Shown: positions 56,320-64,000 of the stretch, in pieces
How positions within the stretch are numbered: position 1 is the stretch's first letter
How the letters are laid out: every line of letters begins with the position of its first letter
Assembly: GCA_035542215.1 (NCBI GenBank)
Contig: DATKLW010000033.1
Span: forward strand, 15,651-79,650
Length of the DNA: 64,000 nt
Source of the DNA: Thermoanaerobaculia bacterium
Lineage (GTDB): Bacteria > Acidobacteriota > Thermoanaerobaculia > UBA5066
Reading direction: 5' to 3'
Translations under genes and position numbers: made by a program
The notes under the pieces: model-generated
The model's database searches: none
What the model was told of the DNA's origin: nothing
What the model saw: only the letters and a program-made list of their open reading frames with translations

Positions 56320-56982
56320 GTGCCCGCCCCCACACCGAAGGAATTTCCGCTTCGCCACATCGCGATCGAAGGCCCGATCGGCGTGGGGAAGACGTCGCTC
56401 GTCGGCCTCCTCGCGAAGCGTTTCAGCGGCACGCAGATCCTCGAGGACGTCACGAACCCGTTCCTCGCGGACTTCTACGCGGGAAAGAAAGGCGCGGCGT
56501 TCCAGACGCAGATGTACTTCCTCCTGTCGCGCTACCAGCAGCAGCAGGAGATCGCACAGATCGACCTCTTCCGGAACCTCGTCGTCGCCGACTACACGTT
56601 CGCGAAGGACAAGATCTTCGCGTACCTCACGCTGAACGACGCCGAGATCGCGATCTACGACAAGGTCTACGCGACGCTCGCCGCGAACGTCCCGCGCCCG
56701 GACATCGTCGTCCACCTCACCGCGTCCGTCGAGACGTGCCTTTCGCGGATCAAGAAGCGCGGCCGGGCGTTCGAGAAGGGGATCTCGGCCGAGTACCTCA
56801 AGTCCCTCGTCGAGGCCTACAACTACTTCTTCTACCACTACCGCGACGGCCCGCTCCTCGTCGTCGAGACGAACGACATCGACTTCGTCGAGAGGAAGGG
56901 CGACCTCGACGACCTCATCGCGCAGATCACGCGCCCGTTCCGGGGCACGCAGATCTACGTCCCGCGCGGCTCGAAGAAGTAG
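56320..56982 (+). CDS. Deoxynucleoside kinase (dGK/dCK family)
   Basis: P-loop IAIEGPIGVGKTS, ...ERS/DR motifs, LID region RIKKRGRAFE. Confidence 0.85.
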   Translation: MPAPTPKEFPLRHIAIEGPIGVGKTSLVGLLAKRFSGTQILEDVTNPFLADFYAGKKGAAFQTQMYFLLSRYQQQQEIAQIDLFRNLVVADYTFAKDKIFAYLTLNDAEIAIYDKVYATLAANVPRPDIVVHLTASVETCLSRIKKRGRAFEKGISAEYLKSLVEAYNYFFYHYRDGPLLVVETNDIDFVERKGDLDDLIAQITRPFRGTQIYVPRGSKK

Positions 56983-56985
56983 CCG

Positions 56986-57374
56986 TGGGCGCCGTCGAGC
57001 GGCTGCGCGAGCTTGGCGCGGGGCGCGAGATCCTCGGCGACGCCGCGCCGCGCGAAGAGGACGGCCTGCGCATCTCGCCCCGGAACGCGGACCTCTCGCC
57101 GGACGAGCGGCGCGCGGCGCCGGCCGTCTTCCGCGCACTTCTCGCCGGCCAGCTTCTCTGCGGCCTCGGAGAGAGGAAATCGGCGAAAGTCCTCAAGGCG
57201 GTGCGCCGGGCGCTCGAGATGGAGCCCGGCCTGGCCGTCGAAGCCGTCGACGTCGTCGAGACCGGATCCCTCCGTTCTGTCGAGAAAATCAACGGACCGG
57301 CCATCCTGATCGTGGGCGCCTGGGCGGGGTCGACTCTCCTCGCCGACAGCGTCCGCCTCGAGGCAACTCGTTGA
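56986..57374 (+). CDS. Hypothetical protein
   Basis: 129-aa ORF with GTG start after the kinase stop. No recognisable motif; decent coding-like composition. Confidence 0.3.
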
Positions 57375-57702
57375 TACTACGTCGCAAATTCTTTTTCGCT
57401 TGCTTTTGCTGATTCTTTCGATTCTCATTCCATCAACAAACAGCCCCGGAGAGCCAAAAGGGTCAGCCCCAACAGTCTTCGAAGGCCGTGTAATTCTTTC
57501 GTCGGATCGAGTTCGACCAGGAGGCGTGACCCATTTCCAGCCCCGGGGGCACAAGCAGGGAAAAAGCCCCGTCCTCCCTACCCGAACTCTCCGCCCGGCT
57601 CCTCTCGCCAGTTCCCGGCGGCCGCCGCTCGATGGTGAGCGTCGACCGTCTTTTCCAACCCTCGGTTTCCGGTGAGACCGGCAAACCTTCTCTGGAGTTC
57701 TG

Positions 57703-57990
57703 ATGTACACGGACAAGACCATCTCCTGCATCGACTGCGGCGCTCCCTTCATCTTCTCGGCGAACGAACAGGAGTTCTACGCTCAGAAAGGCTTCTCCAA
57801 CGAGCCCAAGAGGTGCAAGAACTGCCGCGACAAGCGCAAGGCCGGCGGCTTCGGCGAGGGCGGCGCGCGCCAGCTCTACAACGTGACGTGTGACGCCTGC
57901 GGCAAGACCACGCAGGTTCCGTTCAACCCCACGAACGGCAAGCCGGTTTACTGCCGCGACTGCTACCGCGAGCGGCGGCCCGCCCGATAG
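57703..57990 (+). CDS. Small CxxC-x17-CxxC zinc-ribbon protein
   Basis: MYTDKTISCIDCGAPFIFSANEQEFYAQKGFSNEPKRCKNCRDKRK...CDACGKTTQVPFNPTNGKPVYCRDCY; duplicated zinc ribbon. Confidence 0.6.
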   Translation: MYTDKTISCIDCGAPFIFSANEQEFYAQKGFSNEPKRCKNCRDKRKAGGFGEGGARQLYNVTCDACGKTTQVPFNPTNGKPVYCRDCYRERRPAR

Positions 57991-57995
57991 GGGGT

Positions 57996-58026
57996 CTGGG
58001 GGAAAGGGTTGGACCCTTTCCCCCAG
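57996..58026 (+). terminator. Strong 13-bp hairpin downstream of zinc-ribbon gene (no U-tract)
   Basis: CTGGGGGAAAGGG-TTGGA-CCCTTTCCCCCAG. Confidence 0.35.
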
Positions 58027-58079
58027 CCAATAATCCAGTCGGGTGAGCGCGGGCGACCCCCTGTTAGAGTCGCCCTCTC

Positions 58080-59264
58080 ATGAGCGACTCCCCGAAGAAG
58101 CCCGGTTTCGCGACGACGTGCATTCACGCGGGGCAGGAGCCCGAGCCTGCCACGGGCGCGGTCACGGTCCCGATCTTCCAGACATCGACGTACGTCCAGG
58201 AGGCGTTCGGCAAGCCGCGCGGCGGCTACGAGTACGCGCGGACGAAGAACCCGACGCGCCTCGCGCTGGAGAAGCAGCTCGCCGCGCTCGAGGGCGGCGC
58301 CGTGGCCCACGCCTTCGCCTCGGGCATGGCCGCCGAGACGACGCTCATGCTCTCGTTCGTGGCGGCGGGGGACCACGTCCTCGTCAGCCGCAACACGTAC
58401 GGCGGAACGTACCGCTTTTTCTCGAAGATCCTCGCGAACTTCGGCGTCACGTTCGACTACGTCGACACGACGGACGCCGAGGCCGTGCGCAAGGCCGTCA
58501 CGCCCGCCACGCGGATGCTCTTCGTCGAGACGCCCACGAACCCGACGATGGAGATCGCCGACCTCAAGGCGCTCGCGGACGTCGCGCGGGCCGAGGGGCA
58601 GCGCATCGGGGCGAAGATCCGCGTCGTCGTGGACAACACGTTCGCGACCCCGTTCTTCCAGAAGCCGCTCGCGCTCGGCTGCGACGCCGTCGTCCACTCC
58701 ACGACGAAGTACCTCAACGGCCACTCCGACTCGGTGGGCGGCGCCGTCGTCTGCGCGGACGCGAAGGACGGCGAGAAGATCGGCTTCGCGCAGAACGCCG
58801 CCGGCGGCATCCTTTCGCCGTTCGACTCCTTCCTCGTCTCGCGAGGCATCAAGACGCTGCCCGTGAGGATGAAGGCTCACGACGCGAACGGCCGCGCCGT
58901 GGCCGCGTGGCTCGCGCGCCACCCGAAGGTCCTCAAGGTCTTCTACCCGGGCCTGCCCGCGCACCCCGGCCACGCGATCGCGTCGCGTCAGATGACCGGC
59001 TTCGGCGGCATGATCTCGTTCGACCTCGGCTCGGAGGCCGCGGCCCGGCGCCTTCTCGACCGCGTCGTCGTCTGCTCTCTCGGCGAGTCGCTCGGCGGCG
59101 TCGAGAGCCTCATCTCGCATCCGGCCACGATGACCCACGCGAGCGTCGAGCCCGACGAGCGGCTCCGCCGCGGCATCACGCCGGGGCTCGTGCGCGTTTC
59201 GGTCGGGATCGAGGACGTCGAGGACATCCTCGCGGATCTCGAGAACGCTCTCGCGGGCGTCTGA
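58080..59264 (+). CDS. Cystathionine gamma-synthase/beta-lyase family PLP enzyme (O-succinylhomoserine (thiol)-lyase-like)
   Basis: Cys/Met-metabolism PLP fold; PLP-Lys motif TKYLNGHSDSVGG; 394 aa. Confidence 0.85.
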   Translation: MSDSPKKPGFATTCIHAGQEPEPATGAVTVPIFQTSTYVQEAFGKPRGGYEYARTKNPTRLALEKQLAALEGGAVAHAFASGMAAETTLMLSFVAAGDHVLVSRNTYGGTYRFFSKILANFGVTFDYVDTTDAEAVRKAVTPATRMLFVETPTNPTMEIADLKALADVARAEGQRIGAKIRVVVDNTFATPFFQKPLALGCDAVVHSTTKYLNGHSDSVGGAVVCADAKDGEKIGFAQNAAGGILSPFDSFLVSRGIKTLPVRMKAHDANGRAVAAWLARHPKVLKVFYPGLPAHPGHAIASRQMTGFGGMISFDLGSEAAARRLLDRVVVCSLGESLGGVESLISHPATMTHASVEPDERLRRGITPGLVRVSVGIEDVEDILADLENALAGV

Positions 59265-59265
59265 C

Positions 59266-59655
59266 CTAGTCGATCGTCGCTTCGCCGGACTCGTCGTCCT
59301 CGTCGTCGTCACTCGGGACGCCGGTCGACGATTCCGCCACCCAGGCGGCGAAGGCCGCGTCCACCTTCGACGCCGGGAGGCCGACGATCTCCGGCAGCTC
59401 GTACGCGTTCAGCTCCTTGATCGCGGCGCGCACGGCCTCGAAGTTCGCCTCGAGCGTCTTGATCAGGAGCAGGAACTCGCTGTCCTGCTGGACGCGCCCT
59501 TTCCACCGGAAAATCGAGCGCGCGACGGGCAGGACGTTCACACAGGCGGCGAGACGCCGCTGCACGAGCGCATGCGCGAGGTCCAGCGCCTGCTTCTCCG
59601 TGCTCACGGACGTCAGAACGGCGAGGAGATCGGGTGCGCGTGCCGCGGACTTCAT
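59266..59655 (-). CDS. cutA: Divalent-cation tolerance protein CutA
   Basis: 129 aa CutA1 fold sequence (…AACVNVLPVARSIFRWKGRVQQDSEFLLLIKT…) with acidic tail. Confidence 0.8.
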   Translation of the reverse strand: MKSAARAPDLLAVLTSVSTEKQALDLAHALVQRRLAACVNVLPVARSIFRWKGRVQQDSEFLLLIKTLEANFEAVRAAIKELNAYELPEIVGLPASKVDAAFAAWVAESSTGVPSDDDEDDESGEATID

Positions 59656-59754
59656 GCAGTGAAGTTAGGCGGCGGCCGCGAGGGCGTCAAGCGCCGCGTT
59701 TGCATCTAGAATCGAAGACCCAGCACGCCTTGCCCGGCTGAACGAAGGTGCGTC

Positions 59755-62751
59755 ATGAAGCTGTCGGGTCTTCCGAAGCGAACGATCGCTCTTCTCACCG
59801 TTCTCGCCGCCCTCGTCGCAGGCTCCGTCGCGTGGACGCTCGTCGTTCGCACGCGGACGAACCCCCCCGTTCCGGTCGAACGCAAGCTCATGGAGCAGCG
59901 GCCAAAGCCACTGGAGCCGGAAGTCCTGCGCATTCCTCCTCGCGAGATGCGCGCGATCGTCCGCAACGACGCGCTTCTGAAGCCGGATCGCCGCTTCGTC
60001 CTGGCGTTCGAGGACGTCGCGGCGCTCGAGGGCGCGCGTCCGGAAGCCGGCGCGACGTGCACGCCCCGGGACCGCCGCTGGACGATCGACGCGGGTGGCG
60101 GGATCCGAGCCGAGCTTTCCGACATCCCGGGTTTCTTCGAGACGCTGGATGCGCTGAGAACCGTGGCCGGCACGCGGGTACCGACCGGAGGGAAGAGGGT
60201 TCCGGAGCCCGAGCTGCGCCGGCTGCGGGCGCTCGCCTCCGACCCGTTCGAGGGCCGCCCGATGCGCGCGCTCCGGGAGATCGACGCGCGCTGGGAGGCC
60301 GGCTTCGATCGTCGCGAGCTTCTCGATCTCGCGTCCCTCGCGTTCGTGACGCTGGAGATCGCCACCATCGACGTCCTCGAGATGGGCGATGTCACCGGGG
60401 GTCGCGCCCTCGCGGTCCTCGCGCTCGCCGAAGCGGCAGGCAACACGCGGCTTCTCTCGCGCGAGGCGCTTCTCGCCCACGCCCTCGGGTACCCCGGGGA
60501 AGCGCGACGCTTTGCGCGGAGCCTCCCCCGGTCCGACGACCTTCGCCCGTTCCTCGTCGGGGACGACGCCGAGCTCAAGGCCTCGGCCGAAGGCGCCGCC
60601 TCGTCTCCCGTCCTGCGGTATCTGTACGCCGTCCCGCTCGCGCCGAAGACGGACGTCTCCGAAGTCCTTGACTGGCTGAGCAGCCACGGCGCTCCACGCG
60701 CCGACGATCCCGCCGTCATCATGGCGGCCCTTCGCGCGAAGGACGTCTTCGATCACAAGCTCCGGCTCAACTCGACGCTCATGATGGCGGGCTGGTCCGA
60801 GGCCGGTGGGAAGGACGTGCGGCCGGGCCGGGGGCTCCTCGCTTCCTTCGAACGCACGCTCGCGGCCCGAGGCCGCGAAAGAGGACCGTTCTTCGACGAA
60901 GCCGTGGCCGTCGCCCGGACCCGGGCCGTCTTCTACTCGGGGCTGTTCGGGGTCGGGAGCTTCTATCTCGACAGTCTTTCCTCGGGTCCCGCAGCCCAAC
61001 AGTTCATCGATTACCTGGAGGGAGCCGAGCCGGGCCCGGGGGCCGACTTTCAGCGCTGGTACCGCAACCTCGCCGCGGAGAAGAACGGAGCGATCAAGGC
61101 AGAGGCGCTCGTCGACGACCTGACGACTCTCAGGTTCCTGGGGCAGGCAGCCGTCCGTCGTACCGGGATGCGCCTTAAAGACGTGCTCTATGCGACCGCT
61201 CCGGCGCGACCGCGGGCCGCGGCCTCTCTCGAGCGCGTGCTCGACAGCCGCGCGGCGAACGACTTCGTCTTCAGCTCGTTTTGTAAGAACACCCTCATGC
61301 ACCCCGTGGCCTTCGAGCGCTACTACCGGTCATCGATGGACCGCGCTTCTCTCGAAAGTTCCGGCCCGGACGTCTGGTTCGCGTACCAGGCGCGGGACAC
61401 GGACGCTCTGAAGGTGATCGCGACGGACTCGGGCGCCAAGGCGTGGGAGCAGTTCAGCGCGATCGAATACCTCGATGCGCTCGATGCGATCGACGACGCG
61501 ACGACCCGCGCCCTGGTGCTCGGAGTTCTCTCGCGCAAACCCGACGACTCGGCAGCGACCTCATGTCTCTGGATGCTCCGAAAGAAAGGCTTTCTCGACG
61601 ACGCCGAGGCGTATCTCCGAAAGTGGCTCGCGGCCAACCCCGACGAGCACGTCCTGCGGCGCGCCCTGTACGCCGCGCGGCTCGAGCGCGTGCTCTTTCA
61701 GGGGGGGCGCTTCGACGAGGCCTGGAAAGTCATAGAACCCTATGTGTCGACCGGAATGGGCGACGCGGTCGAGTCGGGCGCCGAGGCCCTCGAGGGAGTG
61801 GGCCGCCACGAGGAGGCGCGCGCAATGTCCGCCGGCAGCGTGGAGCGATATCCCGACAACGGGATGACCCGTTCCGCGCATGCGCGGCTCCTCTGGAGAC
61901 AAGGACGCTACGACGACGCCCCTAAGGTTCTCCTCGACGCGCGACATCCGCTCAATCCGCACGAGTGGAGCGACGTCGTCGTGGGTGACTTCTACGACGT
62001 CTTCGGGAAGAAGGGACCGTCCGAAACGCGGGCGGCGTTCGAGGGGTTGATGCGCGCCGGCGTGAACCCCTGGTTCCTGTTCTCGTTCGCGGATCCCTTT
62101 GCCAAGGAAAAGCAATACGACACCGCGATCGAGCTCCTGGAGATGGTCGCCCGGTCGCACAACGAGCGGATCGACGGCAACCTCAACCTCTACCGCTACA
62201 GGGTCCGGCGCGACGGGCGCGAGGGCGCGAATCGGTGGTTCCAATCCGAGGTCGTCAGGAGCGCAAGCGCGTCTTGGGTCGGCCAGAAGGCGTTCGACCT
62301 GCACATGTTCGAGATCCTCTGGCTGCTGCCCGATTCCGGCGAGCACTGGATGCTCCGCGCGCAGGCGGCCGCCTTCGAAGGCGGCGCCGCCGAGGACCGG
62401 ACGCAGGCCCTCGTCGCGCATTTCCGCGATCCGAAGACCCGACCGATGGACGCGGTCGACGGCCTCTTCCTCCTTGGCCTCGAAACGGAGGACCACCTCT
62501 TCGAGAGCGCGACCGACGCCGGGCGCCGCTGCGACGTCGCTTTCGTGCTCGGTCTGAAAGCACTCGGCGGGAAGCGGCTCGAGGAGGGCTGCGACTGGCT
62601 GCGCATCTGCCTCCGGGCGGGCTCCTCGGCGCGACCCAGCTACAAGAACGCGCTCGGCCTTCTCCAGTTCTGGGACGTCCGCCGCTTCGGGCGCCGTCTC
62701 GACGCTTCGAAGTCAGGGGGCCCCGCTCAGCTTCCGCCCGAGGACGAATAG
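59755..62751 (+). CDS. Large (998 aa) N-terminally TM-anchored hypothetical protein with C-terminal TPR-like helical repeats
   Basis: Single N-terminal TM (IALLTVLAALVAGSVAWTLVV). No catalytic motifs recognised. C-terminal third has TPR-like repeats. Confidence 0.6.
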   Translation: MKLSGLPKRTIALLTVLAALVAGSVAWTLVVRTRTNPPVPVERKLMEQRPKPLEPEVLRIPPREMRAIVRNDALLKPDRRFVLAFEDVAALEGARPEAGATCTPRDRRWTIDAGGGIRAELSDIPGFFETLDALRTVAGTRVPTGGKRVPEPELRRLRALASDPFEGRPMRALREIDARWEAGFDRRELLDLASLAFVTLEIATIDVLEMGDVTGGRALAVLALAEAAGNTRLLSREALLAHALGYPGEARRFARSLPRSDDLRPFLVGDDAELKASAEGAASSPVLRYLYAVPLAPKTDVSEVLDWLSSHGAPRADDPAVIMAALRAKDVFDHKLRLNSTLMMAGWSEAGGKDVRPGRGLLASFERTLAARGRERGPFFDEAVAVARTRAVFYSGLFGVGSFYLDSLSSGPAAQQFIDYLEGAEPGPGADFQRWYRNLAAEKNGAIKAEALVDDLTTLRFLGQAAVRRTGMRLKDVLYATAPARPRAAASLERVLDSRAANDFVFSSFCKNTLMHPVAFERYYRSSMDRASLESSGPDVWFAYQARDTDALKVIATDSGAKAWEQFSAIEYLDALDAIDDATTRALVLGVLSRKPDDSAATSCLWMLRKKGFLDDAEAYLRKWLAANPDEHVLRRALYAARLERVLFQGGRFDEAWKVIEPYVSTGMGDAVESGAEALEGVGRHEEARAMSAGSVERYPDNGMTRSAHARLLWRQGRYDDAPKVLLDARHPLNPHEWSDVVVGDFYDVFGKKGPSETRAAFEGLMRAGVNPWFLFSFADPFAKEKQYDTAIELLEMVARSHNERIDGNLNLYRYRVRRDGREGANRWFQSEVVRSASASWVGQKAFDLHMFEILWLLPDSGEHWMLRAQAAAFEGGAAEDRTQALVAHFRDPKTRPMDAVDGLFLLGLETEDHLFESATDAGRRCDVAFVLGLKALGGKRLEEGCDWLRICLRAGSSARPSYKNALGLLQFWDVRRFGRRLDASKSGGPAQLPPEDE

Positions 62752-64000
62752 CGGCCAACCCGCGAGGAGGATCGCCGTCCCCGCGAGCGCGAGCGCGGGC
62801 TCCGTCACGGCGACGTGCGCCGCGACGGCTGCCAGGGCGAGGATGTAGAGCGCCGGCAGGACCGGGTAGAGCGGGATCCGGAACGCGCCCGCCCCCTCGC
62901 CGCGGCGCCGGAGGACGAAGAGCGTCGAGGCCACGACGACGAGCGTCACCATGTCCGTGAAGATGATGTAGCTCAGGAGCTTCTCGAACGACCCGAGGAC
63001 GAACGCGGGGATCAGCATCGTCGCGCCGAAGAGCGCGAGCCCGGCCGCCGACACCTGCGTCCTCGGGTCCACGCGCCGGAACGCGGCGGGGAGGACGCCG
63101 TCCTCGGCCATCGCGTGGTAGCTCCGCGGCATCTGGAGGACCGTGGCGTTCACGAAGCCGGCGGCCGACAGGAAGATCAGCGCCGAGACGACCGCCTCGC
63201 CCGTTCCGCCGAGGCTCGCCTTCGCGAGCGCGGCAGCGACGAGCGTCGAGCCCGCGACGCCGGCGACGCCGAGCGTCCGCACGTATGCGGCGTTGATCGC
63301 GAGGTAGAGGCCGGCGACCGCCAGCATTCCGGCCGTCACCGCCAGCGGAAAGCGCCGCCTCGCGTCCTTCACGTCGCCGCCCAGATTCATCGTCATGTGG
63401 TACCCGCCGTACGCGTAAAAGCACGGGATGAGCGCGGCCGCGAGGCCGGCCGGGGCGGCCGGGGGGACTGCGGACGCAGCGGCTCGCGGCGCGAGCGCGA
63501 ACGCGAGGCCGGCGAGGCCCGCGATCATCACGATCTTCGTCATCGAGAGGACGTTCTGCGCGCCCGCGCCCACGCGGATGCCGAGGGCGTTGAGCGCGAG
63601 GAGGACGGCCATGAGAAGGAGCGCGACGAGGAGGACGGCGTTTCCGCCGCGTTTCGAAGGCGGCAGCACGAGCCCGACGAGGTACTCGGCGCCGATGAAC
63701 GCGACGCCCGCCGCGCCCGCGCCCTGCATGAGCGTCTGCGCCCAGTTCAGCATGAAGGCGAGAACCGGCGAGTAGCAGTCGGCGACGACGCGGTAGTACC
63801 CGCCCGCGCGGGGATGCCGCGAGCCGATCTCCGCGAACGTCAGCGCCCCGACGAGGCTCACGAGCCCCGCGAGCGCCCACGCGAGGAGGAAGCGGCTCTC
63901 CGTGCCGGCGGCCTTCGCGACGATCGCGGGCGTCCGGAAGATCCCGATCCCCACGACGAGGCTCACGACCACCATCGCCGTGTCGAACGTCCCGAGCTTG
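62713..64000 (-). CDS. APC-family amino acid permease, 5' end beyond window
   Basis: 12-TM APC signature (…GIFRTPAIVAKAAGTESRFLLAWALAGLVSLVGALTFAEIGSRHPRAGGYY…). Start lies past coordinate 64000. Confidence 0.8.
   Translation of the reverse strand, partial: KLGTFDTAMVVVSLVVGIGIFRTPAIVAKAAGTESRFLLAWALAGLVSLVGALTFAEIGSRHPRAGGYYRVVADCYSPVLAFMLNWAQTLMQGAGAAGVAFIGAEYLVGLVLPPSKRGGNAVLLVALLLMAVLLALNALGIRVGAGAQNVLSMTKIVMIAGLAGLAFALAPRAAASAVPPAAPAGLAAALIPCFYAYGGYHMTMNLGGDVKDARRRFPLAVTAGMLAVAGLYLAINAAYVRTLGVAGVAGSTLVAAALAKASLGGTGEAVVSALIFLSAAGFVNATVLQMPRSYHAMAEDGVLPAAFRRVDPRTQVSAAGLALFGATMLIPAFVLGSFEKLLSYIIFTDMVTLVVVASTLFVLRRRGEGAGAFRIPLYPVLPALYILALAAVAAHVAVTEPALALAGTAILLAGWPLFVLGRKLSGAP

Noticed and set aside
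57400-57700. tmRNA, SRP RNA or RNase P RNA in the AT-rich intergenic region
   Set aside because: GGATCGAGTTCGACCAGG is superficially tmRNA-like. There is no tRNA-like 3' domain (T-arm/ACCA), no SRP domain IV motif and no P4/P-RNA conserved blocks.

Overview
This is a high-GC (roughly 70%) bacterial chromosomal segment, densely coding on both strands, with no mobile elements, CRISPR arrays or rRNA. Most genes are housekeeping: erpA, a B12-dependent class II ribonucleotide reductase nrdJ, the rpsU-mutS2-dnaG-rpoD operon followed by a tRNA(CAU), rnhA, yggS, divIVA, hutI plus a formimino cyclodeaminase, polA, selB, ubiX/ubiA, a deoxynucleoside kinase, a cystathionine gamma-synthase-like enzyme and cutA. 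Accessory or unusual content includes three tandem GT-C-type membrane glycosyltransferases, a Ser/Thr kinase with TPR repeats, a Fur-family regulator beside a photolyase, and a PEP-CTERM, minor-pilin and comEA cluster. A single polypeptide fuses prephenate dehydratase, DAHP synthase and chorismate mutase. It is preceded by a candidate Phe/Tyr-rich leader peptide and a terminator.

The most interesting locus lies at about 9.5-17.5 kb. A sensor histidine kinase whose periplasmic domain carries c-type haem-binding motifs (CAPCH and CX4CH) is followed by an archaemetzincin-like metalloprotease gene, translationally coupled on both sides, and then by a sigma54-dependent NtrC-family response regulator. 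A terminator and a textbook sigma54 promoter (GG-N10-GC) come next. They lead into a tight operon encoding a small Cys-rich protein, a 27-aa membrane peptide, a Tat-exported 4Fe-4S protein (HybA/DsrO-like), an NrfD/DsrP-like membrane subunit and a c7-type trihaem cytochrome. The operon also encodes two membrane-anchored GcvH-like (lipoyl-carrier fold) proteins. One keeps the lipoyl-lysine position; the other has Gly there. This looks like an undescribed, haem-sensed, sigma54-controlled, quinone-linked membrane redox module.

Many long ORFs in the supplied six-frame track are GC-frame artefacts lying opposite or overlapping real genes. Several homology-supported N-termini (MFS, Slt, HutI) lack canonical start codons and may use CTG.
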